From: Gemmatimonadota bacterium
GTDB taxonomy: Bacteria > Gemmatimonadota > Gemmatimonadetes > Palauibacterales > KS3-K002
Assembly: GCA_039586795.1 (NCBI GenBank)
Contig: JBDHJS010000016.1
Coordinates: 32,001-96,000, forward strand
Length of the DNA: 64,000 bases
Direction: 5' to 3'
The notes under the pieces were generated by a model. That model did no database searches. It was not told the DNA's origin and saw only the letters and a list, made by a program, of their open reading frames with translations. The translations under genes were made by a program, and so were the position numbers. Shown one piece after another: positions 1 through 8,784 of this stretch (positions within the stretch are counted from its first letter, which is position 1; the number at the start of each line of letters is the position of its first letter).

Positions 1-1
1 T

Positions 2-34
2 CGGGACCGCCGGTTCGGCAAAGTCTCAGTCTGA
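2..34 (+). CDS. uppS: 3' end of undecaprenyl diphosphate synthase (partial)
   Basis: Reads RDRRFGKVSV*; RxRRFG is the UppS C-terminal motif; TGATG overlap with cdsA; canonical uppS-cdsA-dxr-rseP order. Confidence 0.8.
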   Translation, partial: RDRRFGKVSV

Positions 35-876
35 TGGGGCGCTCCGGCGGCGAGTTGGCGAAACGCGTGGGCGTTGCCCTCATCGGCATACCCCTGACGG
101 TGGTCCTCGCCTATTTGGGGGGCTACTGGCTTGCTGGCTTGATCGCGGTGATCGCGGGCCTCGCGGCGTGGGAGTTCTGTCGCATGTACCGGCAAAGTGG
201 GGTTGCTTCCGCACCCGTTGTCGCCGGAATGCTGGCCGCGTTTTATGTGTTGCTGGCCGCGACGATGGCGCCTGCGGAGTTCATCGTTTGGGCCGTCGTC
301 TGCACTGTGGCGGTTGCCGCCGGCGAGTCGATCCGCCGCTCTGCCGACTCGCAGCCCGGGCTGACGGTCGTCACGACCGTTTTCAGCGCGGCTTATACTG
401 GTCTGCTGCTCTCCTTCGCTATCTGGCTGCGGGCTTTGGGACTCGCTCCTGGCCTGGGTGGCGCGGCGATCATCTTTCTGCCGGTCGCCATCACATGGTT
501 GGGTGACACGGCAGCGTATTTCGTCGGCAAGGGAATCGGCCGCCACAAGTTCGCGCCAGTGATCAGCCCGAAGAAGACCTGGGAAGGTGCGATCGGCGGT
601 CTATTGGCCACCGCGGGCGGTGCTGTGCTCTGGATTGAGTTGACGGCCGAGCTGGCGCCGTGGACGATGAGCGTTGGCGAAGCCATCGGCTTCGGGGTCC
701 TGGTATCGATTGCTGGTCAGGTCGGCGATCTGTTCGAGTCGCGTTTCAAGCGGGAATGCGGAATCAAGGACAGCTCCAACCTGATCCCCGGACATGGTGG
801 GTTCCTGGATCGGGTCGATTCGCTCCTCTTTGTCTTCCCGGTAGCGTTCGCCTACCTGATGGTTGTGGGGGTCTGA
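34..876 (+). CDS. cdsA: Phosphatidate cytidylyltransferase
   Basis: Multi-TM protein with SPKKTWEG, KDSSNLIPGHGGFLDRVDS motifs. Confidence 0.96.
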   Translation: MGRSGGELAKRVGVALIGIPLTVVLAYLGGYWLAGLIAVIAGLAAWEFCRMYRQSGVASAPVVAGMLAAFYVLLAATMAPAEFIVWAVVCTVAVAAGESIRRSADSQPGLTVVTTVFSAAYTGLLLSFAIWLRALGLAPGLGGAAIIFLPVAITWLGDTAAYFVGKGIGRHKFAPVISPKKTWEGAIGGLLATAGGAVLWIELTAELAPWTMSVGEAIGFGVLVSIAGQVGDLFESRFKRECGIKDSSNLIPGHGGFLDRVDSLLFVFPVAFAYLMVVGV

Positions 877-2042
877 TGGACACCCGTGGTGTAGCGATCC
901 TCGGCTCGACCGGTTCGATAGGAAAGACGACGCTGGAGGTGATCGGCGCGCACCCGGATCGCTTCCGAATCGTGGCTCTGACGGCACACCAGAACGCCGA
1001 AGCGTTGGCGGACCAGATACGAGAGCATCGCCCGCAGTTGGCGGTGCTGGCGGATGGGAACTCAGCCGTCTCCGAAACGTTTGACGGAACGCGAGTGTCG
1101 AACGGGGCCAAAGCGGTGCTGGAGGCCGCTGCCCATCCGGACGTCGACATAGTAGTTAACGCGCTGGTTGGAGCCGTGGGTTTGGAGCCGACACTGGCGG
1201 CGCTGGAGTCGGGAAAACGACTCGCGTTGGCGAACAAAGAGTCGTTGGTGGTAGGCGGACCGCTGGTCATGCGCACGCTGAAAGAGAGGGGCGGAGAACT
1301 GATCCCGGTGGACAGCGAGCATAGCGCCGTCTTTCAGTGCCTGCAGGGCGCGGCGCCGGACAGCCTGAGCCGGCTGGTGCTGACCGCGTCGGGTGGTCCG
1401 TTCAGGGACCGGGATCCGCTGGAGCTAGAGACCGTTACACCAGAGGAAGCGCTTCGGCACCCGACATGGAACATGGGGGCGAAGATCACCATCGATTCGG
1501 CGACGCTGGTGAACAAGGCGCTGGAGGTCGTCGAGGCTCACTTCCTGTTCGGGATGCCTTACGAGGCGGTGGATGTTGTGATTCATCCTCAGTCGATCAT
1601 CCACTCGATGGTGGAGTTCCGGGACGGATCGGTGCTTGCCCAGCTGGGTTATCCGACGATGACGATCCCGGTGCTGTATGCGCTCTCGTATCCTGAGCGT
1701 CTCCCGTTTGAGGTCCCGTCGCTTGACCTCGCGGACGTGGGTTCGCTTTCTTTCGAGGCGATCACGCCCGGCCGATTCCCGGCGTTCGAGTTGGGGCGCC
1801 AGGCGGCGCTGGCCGGCGGAACGGCCCCGGCCGCTTTCAACGCTGCGAGCGAGGAAGCGGTCTCTGCCTTCCTGGGCGGCCGCCTTCCGTTTGTCGGGAT
1901 CGCGGAAGTGATCGGTGAGGTTTTGGGTGAGCAGAAGTTGGAAGAGGTGACGTCGCTGGATGTGGTGAGGCGCGCCGACGCGTGGGCAAGGGAAGCGGCG
2001 CGCACCAGCGTGGAGCATATATCGAGCAGAGCTCAAAAATAG
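876..2042 (+). CDS. dxr: 1-deoxy-D-xylulose-5-phosphate reductoisomerase
   Basis: ILGSTGSIG, LALANKESLV, PVDSEHSA, HPTWNMGAKITIDSAT; start moved to the ATG at 876 (TGATG coupling with cdsA). Confidence 0.97.
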   Translation: MDTRGVAILGSTGSIGKTTLEVIGAHPDRFRIVALTAHQNAEALADQIREHRPQLAVLADGNSAVSETFDGTRVSNGAKAVLEAAAHPDVDIVVNALVGAVGLEPTLAALESGKRLALANKESLVVGGPLVMRTLKERGGELIPVDSEHSAVFQCLQGAAPDSLSRLVLTASGGPFRDRDPLELETVTPEEALRHPTWNMGAKITIDSATLVNKALEVVEAHFLFGMPYEAVDVVIHPQSIIHSMVEFRDGSVLAQLGYPTMTIPVLYALSYPERLPFEVPSLDLADVGSLSFEAITPGRFPAFELGRQAALAGGTAPAAFNAASEEAVSAFLGGRLPFVGIAEVIGEVLGEQKLEEVTSLDVVRRADAWAREAARTSVEHISSRAQK

Positions 2043-2052
2043 ACCGGATCAA

Positions 2053-3147
2053 ATGACGACAATCATTGCATTCATAGTCGTTCTCGGCGTGCTGATCTTC
2101 GTGCACGAGCTTGGCCACTTCATCACGGCAAAGTGGGCCGGCATCGCCGTGCCACGGTTCTCCATCGGTCTCGGACCCAAGGTTTGGGGTTTCACGATCG
2201 GTGAAACGGAGTATGTCATCTCGGCTCTACCGCTGGGCGGCTATGTGAAGATGGCCGGCATGGGTGAAGACGAGGCGCTGGAGAAGCTGGAGGGCGGGAA
2301 GGACGACCTGGAGGTGGCACCAGAGCGTCGCTTCGACGCGAAACCGATCGCAACCCGGGCGGTGGTGATCTCCGCCGGCGTCGCGATGAACTTCGTGTTC
2401 GCGATCTTTGCGTTCGCCGGACTGGCTTATCACCGGTCGGTGGCGCCCGTCATCGCGGAGGTGTCGCCCGGCTGGCCAGCAGCCGAGGCCGGTGTTCAGG
2501 TCGGCGACCGCGTGCGGGCGATCGATGATCTCGAGGTCGATACCTGGAACGAGTTCGCGGCGAACATCAGCCGCCGGCCCGGCGACACCGTGAATCTCCG
2601 CCTGGAGCGCGGGGAGACGGAGGTCGGCGTCACCACGGCTGTCGCCGCTTTTGACACGGTCATCCCTACCGTCACGGGTACCGATACGGCGGTCACGATC
2701 GGTCGAATCGGCGTCGCCCGCGATGTCGAGAACCCGGTTCGCGCGTACAGTCTCGCCGGTTCGTTTAAGGTCGGCTTGGAAGACACCGGCGGCTTCGTCG
2801 TTCTTATTCTGGACTTTCTGGGCGACGTATTCACCGGAAGAGCATCGGCCCGGGATATTGGGGGGCCGGTTTTGATTGGCCAGCTGTCGGGTCAGGCGGC
2901 GCGGGCGGGTCCGGCGGCGCTGATCTGGTTGATGGCGGTCCTCAGCGTGCACCTTGCGGTGCTGAACCTACTGCCGATCCCGATCCTCGACGGTGGACAT
3001 CTCGTCTTTTTGCTGGTTGAGGCAGTGCGGGGTCGTGCTCTGTCGATCGAGGCTCGGGCGCGCCTCAGTCAGGTGGGCTTCATCCTGATCATGGCCCTCA
3101 TGGTCTGGGCTTTCACCGCCGACTTCCTGCGCATAGCCGGAAAGTAG
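2053..3147 (+). CDS. rseP: RIP metalloprotease RseP (M50, single PDZ)
   Basis: HELGH, PLGGYVKM, NLLPIPILDGGH motifs; operon position. Confidence 0.96.
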   Translation: MTTIIAFIVVLGVLIFVHELGHFITAKWAGIAVPRFSIGLGPKVWGFTIGETEYVISALPLGGYVKMAGMGEDEALEKLEGGKDDLEVAPERRFDAKPIATRAVVISAGVAMNFVFAIFAFAGLAYHRSVAPVIAEVSPGWPAAEAGVQVGDRVRAIDDLEVDTWNEFAANISRRPGDTVNLRLERGETEVGVTTAVAAFDTVIPTVTGTDTAVTIGRIGVARDVENPVRAYSLAGSFKVGLEDTGGFVVLILDFLGDVFTGRASARDIGGPVLIGQLSGQAARAGPAALIWLMAVLSVHLAVLNLLPIPILDGGHLVFLLVEAVRGRALSIEARARLSQVGFILIMALMVWAFTADFLRIAGK

Positions 3148-3172
3148 CCCGGATTTCCTCGTACGAGGGTCC

Positions 3173-4006
3173 TTAGTCGCCAAAGAGCCCGAGTTGGGGG
3201 GTCCGGACGGTTGCCGCGAGCTCGGCGACGTCGAGGCAGGAGAGGGGTTCATCCTGGTCCGCGACCTTGATCAGCGCGTCGTACCCCTTCTTGCGCAAAG
3301 CTGTGCCGACGACCTCCGCGGCCAGTTCCGGCTCGTTGCAGTCCTGACTGAGATGAGCGAGGACGATGCCGGCGAGGCCGGGGTGTAGCAGCTCGGCACC
3401 GAGCTCCGCAGAGGCTCGATTGGAGAGGTGGCCGTGGCGGCCGGCGATGCGAGCCTTTAGCGACCACGGGTATGGTCCGGTGCGCAGCATCACTTCGTCG
3501 TGATTCGCTTCGAGAATCAGCAGGTCACAACGCTGTAGCGCGTGGCGGACGGAGACGGTGGGCGTGCCGAGGTCCGTGGCAATACCGACCTTTAGTCCGC
3601 TCGTCCGTTGGCGGACGGTCACGCCGATGGGATCGATGGCGTCATGCACGGTCAAGAACGGTTCGACGCGCAGGTCGCCGATATCGAAGGGTCGCTTGGC
3701 TTCGTAGTGGTGGACTTTTTCCTTACCGTTGAAGAGATCCGAGCAGCTGTTTGCGGTGGCGCGGGCGATATAGATCGGCACTTTCCAGCGGCGGGCGTAT
3801 ATCCCCATGCCCTGGGTATGGTCCCGATGCTCGTGTGTGATGACAAGAGCGGTGATCGTGTCGGGTTCGACACCGATGGCCCGCAATCGGCTCTCGATCT
3901 GGCGGCCGCTGAAGCCGGCGTCTATGAGGATTCGAGTTTCGGAGGTTTCGAGGAGAATCGAATTGCCGCGACTGCCACTGCCCAGAACGTGAACCCTGAA
4001 GGTCAT
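3173..4006 (-). CDS. MBL-fold metallo-hydrolase, YycJ/WalJ-like
   Basis: LGSGSRGN, LIDAG, THEHRDH, LEANHD, GHLSN, LAHLS motifs. Confidence 0.88.
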   Translation of the reverse strand: MTFRVHVLGSGSRGNSILLETSETRILIDAGFSGRQIESRLRAIGVEPDTITALVITHEHRDHTQGMGIYARRWKVPIYIARATANSCSDLFNGKEKVHHYEAKRPFDIGDLRVEPFLTVHDAIDPIGVTVRQRTSGLKVGIATDLGTPTVSVRHALQRCDLLILEANHDEVMLRTGPYPWSLKARIAGRHGHLSNRASAELGAELLHPGLAGIVLAHLSQDCNEPELAAEVVGTALRKKGYDALIKVADQDEPLSCLDVAELAATVRTPQLGLFGD

Positions 4007-5208
4007 CCACCCCGTCCCTTGCGCCAGCAGCTTTCCAGGTAGCGCTGCCCGCGCTCATCCAGATCAACCCCACGCCGCTCCATGACAGCTGCTGCCGTCG
4101 AGAGGAACTTGGACAGCTGGTACTCGCCAAGGTCCCGTCCTTCGCCCCAACTGAACGGCTGCACATAACCGGGCGGCATCGCCGTGCCGTAGAGATTAGC
4201 GCCAGCACCCACAACTGCGCCAGTGCCGATGACCAGGCCGATGCCCGTCTTCGCGTGGTCACCTAGGAAACAGCCGATTTTACGGTGACCCGTATCGCGG
4301 ACGCCGGCCGGAGTCCAGACCCGGACCGCGCTGTAGTTGTTCTTGAGGTCGCTGTTCGTCGTCATCGCGCCCAAGTTGACCCAGCGACCCAAATAGGCGT
4401 GGCCGATGTGACCATCGTGAGCCTTGTTGCTGTATCCGAGCACGACGCTGTCGACGACCTCGCCGCGTAGATAGGTGTACGGACCAGTCGAGACGCGTTC
4501 GAACGATCCGCCCAGCAGGCGCGAGCGGGGTCCGATACTGACGGGGCCAGCCAAGCGGGTTGTGGTCCTGACTTCCGTCTCCTCGGCGATCCGTATGGGC
4601 CCATCCCTGGTATCGAAGAGAACTCCCGGCTCGACATAGACATCGCGGGCCAGAATGAGCGCCCCATCGCCAATGATATGAGCACCGGTAGGCACGCTTC
4701 CGGTTGCCGGCGATTCGTTCAGGTCGCGGGCCGTCTGCTCCGCTGATCCAAGCATCAGGTCCCAAACCCAGCCAAGTACAGTCCCCTCCACCGAAACGAC
4801 AGTCGCCGGGAGGGAGCCAGCGCTGAGGTCCTCGAGATCTGAGTGTGCAGGTAGCTGACCTGCCGGCAGGAAGAAGCCCACCGGCTCGCCGTCGATGGCG
4901 TAGGTAACTGGCGACTCAGCGGCGGGGGCGTCCTGATCGAGATACGCAGCCGCGCGTGACGACCAGAAGATTAGGTCGCGGTCGCGGGGTAGATGCTCAA
5001 GAGAGACAACCGGTCTTCCACCGGGCTCATGGAAGTCGATTAGGTGATCGGCGGAGATGTGTCCGATGCATTCCAATCCGAAGAGACGCTCGGCCCGCTC
5101 CACCAACGTCATCGCCCCAAAGAGCAGTTCGCCGGCAGGGCGTGTGAGGGCAAACGGTTGCCACTGTCGTGCGGCGCTGTCGTCGAACAACACCAGGGCA
5201 GTTGCCAC
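4003..5208 (-). CDS. Putative sugar nucleotidyltransferase with hexapeptide repeats (GlmU-related)
   Basis: PFALTRP N-terminus; NKAHDGHIGHAYLGRWVNLGAMTTNSDLKNNY left-handed beta-helix region. Confidence 0.8.
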   Translation of the reverse strand: MATALVLFDDSAARQWQPFALTRPAGELLFGAMTLVERAERLFGLECIGHISADHLIDFHEPGGRPVVSLEHLPRDRDLIFWSSRAAAYLDQDAPAAESPVTYAIDGEPVGFFLPAGQLPAHSDLEDLSAGSLPATVVSVEGTVLGWVWDLMLGSAEQTARDLNESPATGSVPTGAHIIGDGALILARDVYVEPGVLFDTRDGPIRIAEETEVRTTTRLAGPVSIGPRSRLLGGSFERVSTGPYTYLRGEVVDSVVLGYSNKAHDGHIGHAYLGRWVNLGAMTTNSDLKNNYSAVRVWTPAGVRDTGHRKIGCFLGDHAKTGIGLVIGTGAVVGAGANLYGTAMPPGYVQPFSWGEGRDLGEYQLSKFLSTAAAVMERRGVDLDERGQRYLESCWRKGRGG

Positions 5209-5211
5209 GGA

Positions 5212-6279
5212 TCAGATCTCCCCGTCTCGGAGGTTATCCGGCAACTCGGCGAGCAGCTGCTTGAGGTCGACGGCTCGCTCAAGCGGCGCCACGAACGTGA
5301 TGCCGGATGCTCGCACCACCAGCACGTCCTCGAAGCCGAACGCCACCACGGGACCATCCTCTGCCCAAACCAGGCTGTCCTTGCAGTCGAAGGCCCGGCC
5401 ATCGCCGATCAGCAGGTTGCCGTGCTCGTCGGCCGATCGAACCCGCATGAGGGCTGCCCAGGCGCCAACGTCGTCCCACTCGAACTCCGCTCTGACAACG
5501 GCGATGTTGGGGCTGCGCTCCATGAGGCCATGGTCGATCGTCAGCGTCGGAACGGTAGAGAAGAATCCCTCGATGTCCCCGTCCGCCAGTCGGGGAAGGT
5601 CATCGGAGAGTTCGGGGGTGTGTTGGGAGAGCTCCGCGAGCAACACGCCCGGCCGCCAGATGAACATGCCGGAGTTCCAAAGGAAATTGCCCTGGTCGAT
5701 GTAGCGCTGTGCCGTGTCGCGATCTGGTTTCTCAACGAACCGTTCTACCTCGAGGACCCCGGCGCTCAGCTCGGTGCCGACCTCGACGTATCCATAGCCG
5801 GTTTCCGGTCGGCTGGGCGGGATGCCGACCGTCAGCAGTCGACCGAATTTGCCCGCCGCATCCACCGCCAGCTCGAGGCTGCTCGCAAAGCCCTCAAGCG
5901 GTCGGATGACGTGATCGGAATGGAGCGATACCATGACCGACCGTTCCGGGTCGGACGAGCGGTTGACGATCTCCTGACCCGCCCACGCTAGTGCCGCGGC
6001 CGTCCCTTTCGCCTGGGGTTCGAGCAGAAATTGGTCCGGCGACATCTCCGGGAGATACTGCTCCAGGTGAGGCCGAAGATGACGCCCAGCGACGATCAGC
6101 ACGTTCGTATCCGGCGCCAGCGCGCGGGCTCGCTCAACGGTGTCCACGATGAGCGGGCGCTCGGTGGCAAGGGGCATGAACTGTTTGGGACGGCGCGGCG
6201 TGCTCGCCGGCCAGAAGCGCGAACCGATCCCGCCTGCCAGGATCACGACCCAGCGCTCGAAGGAAGGGCCGTTGCTCAT
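5212..6279 (-). CDS. manC: Mannose-1-phosphate guanylyltransferase
   Basis: ILAGGIGSRFWP, PKQF, PETGYGY, FVEKP, WNSGMF, WDDVGAW. Confidence 0.93.
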   Translation of the reverse strand: MSNGPSFERWVVILAGGIGSRFWPASTPRRPKQFMPLATERPLIVDTVERARALAPDTNVLIVAGRHLRPHLEQYLPEMSPDQFLLEPQAKGTAAALAWAGQEIVNRSSDPERSVMVSLHSDHVIRPLEGFASSLELAVDAAGKFGRLLTVGIPPSRPETGYGYVEVGTELSAGVLEVERFVEKPDRDTAQRYIDQGNFLWNSGMFIWRPGVLLAELSQHTPELSDDLPRLADGDIEGFFSTVPTLTIDHGLMERSPNIAVVRAEFEWDDVGAWAALMRVRSADEHGNLLIGDGRAFDCKDSLVWAEDGPVVAFGFEDVLVVRASGITFVAPLERAVDLKQLLAELPDNLRDGEI

Positions 6280-6292
6280 GCTAGGGCCTCAT

Positions 6293-6437
6293 GGGATTGG
6301 GGATCTGGGATTCGGGGGTTACGAGGTTCAGGGTTTGGGACATCCGACGCTCGGAGATTCGGCGTGCACGGAGTTTAGGCGGTGTCAGTACACCAATCGC
6401 CGAACCACCGAATCTCGTAATCCCTGAACCCCTAGAT
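6293..6437. repeat. Heptamer-repeat fold-back element A (GGGATTN units, inverted at 3' end)
   Basis: gggattg gggatct gggattc gggggtt acgaggt tcagggt ... ccgaatc tcgtaat ccctgaa cccctag; the arms are imperfect reverse complements. Confidence 0.75.
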
Positions 6438-6785
6438 CAGTTTGGCTATCTGTTCGCGGTTATGCCGCAGCTCGTAGAGCAGGGCGCCGAACGAGAGTCC
6501 CGGCTTCACGAAAGTAACCAGCAGCATGTCCTGCGACACTTCCGTGACGATCGCGACACCGTCGGAGTACTCCACGACCGCGGTCCGCAGACCCTCATGG
6601 TTCGCGGCACTGCCGAGTTCCCGGGCGTTCTGCATCATGTTGGGAGCCATGGCGGCCACCGCTTCCGCGTCCCCCCCGTCGGGCCCCGCCCGGTCGATCA
6701 GCAGCCCGTCCTGTCCGACGACGAACACGGACTCCACTTCTGAGCGGGTCGACAGTCTAACCAGAAGATCCTTGAGTGTTGGCAT
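6432..6785 (-). CDS. Roadblock/LC7 (MglB-like) domain protein
   Basis: 117 aa from MPTLKDLL with VVGQDGLLID ... AVAAMAP ... VVEYSDG pattern; AGGAG SD upstream. Confidence 0.85.
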   Translation of the reverse strand: MPTLKDLLVRLSTRSEVESVFVVGQDGLLIDRAGPDGGDAEAVAAMAPNMMQNARELGSAANHEGLRTAVVEYSDGVAIVTEVSQDMLLVTFVKPGLSFGALLYELRHNREQIAKLI

Positions 6786-6823
6786 TTGGCTCCTACGGCT
6801 GGTGGGTTGGGGGAGTGCGTCGC

Positions 6824-6904
6824 AAGCTAACCCGGCTGAGGGCGCAAAGTCAAGATTCCCATTGGGTTTCTTAGCTTGACAGTGGCCCCGGCGCTGAATA
6901 AGGT
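6824..6904. promoter_or_regulatory. Divergent sigma70-type promoters
   Basis: + strand TTGACA(6876)-N17-TAAGGT; - strand TTGACT(6853)-N18-TAGCTT. Confidence 0.6.
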
Positions 6905-6915
6905 TGCCCGCAACC

Positions 6916-7488
6916 ATGAGACACTTCGCGATGAGCAAATTCGGCAGATTGGGCTTCGCCGCTATCGGGATCGGGGTCCTTGCCGCCTGCGGCAATTCGA
7001 ACGATCCGACCCGTCCGCTACCGGAAGAGCCGATAGACCAAACGATCTACGACCTGGTGGATGGGCCAATTAACCGGCCCAGTTCGCTGAACGTGCTTGC
7101 CGGGCGAACGGGCGTTCCGAGGGTTGTACGCGTCGACAACAACGAGAATTGGGACTTCAGCTTCGGCATGCTCGATGGCGAGCCTGTCTGGCTGCCGCGC
7201 GGGTTCTTCGCTGGGTTCCCGTCATCGAGCGGTATCGTAGAGAGCGACTTCGACTTCGACGACGTGATCTTCGCCCCGGACAATATTGACGCATACGAAT
7301 TCGAGAACCCCGTCCAGATCACGGTTGGTAAGACGTACGTGCTGCGAAGCCGGCCGGACCCGGGCCTATCGATCACATGTGTGATCTATGCGAAGGCAGA
7401 AGTGTTGGCGGTCCAGGGAGATCCGGCCCGTCTGGATATCCGGGTCTTCTGGAATCCCAACTGCAACGAAACCAACCTCTCCAGTTAA
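6916..7488 (+). CDS. Hypothetical lipoprotein
   Basis: Signal peptide with lipobox LAAC-G; start could be ATG 6916 or 6931. Confidence 0.75.
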   Translation: MRHFAMSKFGRLGFAAIGIGVLAACGNSNDPTRPLPEEPIDQTIYDLVDGPINRPSSLNVLAGRTGVPRVVRVDNNENWDFSFGMLDGEPVWLPRGFFAGFPSSSGIVESDFDFDDVIFAPDNIDAYEFENPVQITVGKTYVLRSRPDPGLSITCVIYAKAEVLAVQGDPARLDIRVFWNPNCNETNLSS

Positions 7489-7503
7489 GGCGAGCTTCTC
7501 AAC

Positions 7504-8784
7504 ATGCTCGACCTCAAGCGTCTAAGGTTCGAGACCGACTCGCTCAAAGTTCTCCTCGCAAAGCGGGACGACCCGAACCTCGCAGCTTCCATCGATGAGG
7601 TGATCTCCCTCGACGAGGAACGTCGTAGCGTCATCCAACAGGTCGAGCAACTCAAAGCGCGTCGTAACAATGCATCCAAAGAGATCGCCGAGCGGAAGAA
7701 GGCCGGCGCGGATGCCAGCGCGTTGATCGCCGAGATGAAGAAGGTCAGCAGCCAGATCGCCGACGACGACGCGAGGTTAACCGCGGCGGAGCGTCGCATC
7801 GAAGAGCTGCTACTCGTCATCCCCAACGTACCTCAAGAGGCGGTTCCCGCCGGCGGCGAGCCCGACGCCATCCGTATCCGCTCGTGGGGTGAGCCCGTGG
7901 AGGCGGCCGGGTGGATGAAACCGCATTGGGATCTCGGCACAGAGCTAGGCGTTCTGGACCTGGAACGAGGTGCGAAAGTATCAGGCTCCGGCTTCCCGGT
8001 GTACACACGCATGGGAGCGCGGCTGCAGCGTGCGCTGATCAACCTGATGATCGACATCCACGCGGGCGAGCATGGGTATACAGAGGTAGCGCCACCCTAC
8101 CTTGTACGGGGCCAGACGATGATGGGAACTGGCCAGCTACCGAAAATGGCGGATGACGCGTACCGTGTGGAAGGCGATGACCTCTGGTTGATACCGACAG
8201 CCGAAGTTCCTCTGACGAACCTGCACGGTGAAGAGGTCCTGGGACCGGACGACCTGCCGACACGTTTCGTCGGGTACACGGCTTGTTTCCGGCGCGAGGC
8301 CGGCGCAGCGGGCCGCGACACGCGAGGGATCATTCGAATTCACCAGTTCGATAAGGTCGAGCTCGTGCGCCTCGAGAGGCCTGAGGATTCGGCGGCGGCT
8401 CTGGACGAACTGACGGGTCATGCTGAGACGGTGCTGCAGCGGCTCGGGTTGGCGTATCGTGTGCTGCTTCTGGCGGCCGGCGACATGGCACAGAGCAGCT
8501 CGATGACCTATGATCTGGAAGTCTGGTCGCCGGGTGTCGAGCGTTGGCTGGAAGTGTCCTCGTGTTCGAACTGCACGGACTATCAAGCGCGGCGCGCGAA
8601 CATTCGATATCGGCGTGAGCGTGGTGGGAAGCCGGAGTTCGTGCATACGCTGAATGGTTCGGGTCTAGCGCTTCCACGCACGATCATCGCCGTCCTCGAG
8701 AACTACCAACGCGAAGACGGAAGCGTCGAGCTTCCCGAGGCGCTGCACCCCTATATGGGCTGCAAACGGATCGAGCCGGAGTGA
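7504..8784 (+). CDS. serS: Serine--tRNA ligase
   Basis: N-terminal coiled coil, LIPTAEVP, FRREAG, HQFDKVEL, EVSSCSN, HTLNGSGLA. Confidence 0.98.
   Translation: MLDLKRLRFETDSLKVLLAKRDDPNLAASIDEVISLDEERRSVIQQVEQLKARRNNASKEIAERKKAGADASALIAEMKKVSSQIADDDARLTAAERRIEELLLVIPNVPQEAVPAGGEPDAIRIRSWGEPVEAAGWMKPHWDLGTELGVLDLERGAKVSGSGFPVYTRMGARLQRALINLMIDIHAGEHGYTEVAPPYLVRGQTMMGTGQLPKMADDAYRVEGDDLWLIPTAEVPLTNLHGEEVLGPDDLPTRFVGYTACFRREAGAAGRDTRGIIRIHQFDKVELVRLERPEDSAAALDELTGHAETVLQRLGLAYRVLLLAAGDMAQSSSMTYDLEVWSPGVERWLEVSSCSNCTDYQARRANIRYRRERGGKPEFVHTLNGSGLALPRTIIAVLENYQREDGSVELPEALHPYMGCKRIEPE

Noticed and set aside
660..875. N-terminal extension of Dxr in the ORF track
   Set aside because: It overlaps cdsA; homology begins at ATG 876, which is coupled to the cdsA stop.
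3151..3172. Palindrome CCTCGTACGAGG between convergent rseP and MBL genes
   Set aside because: Short and without a U-tract; at most a weak bidirectional hairpin.
6916..7488. HmuY-like heme-binding lipoprotein
   Set aside because: Only a WDFSF resemblance; no heme-uptake genes nearby.
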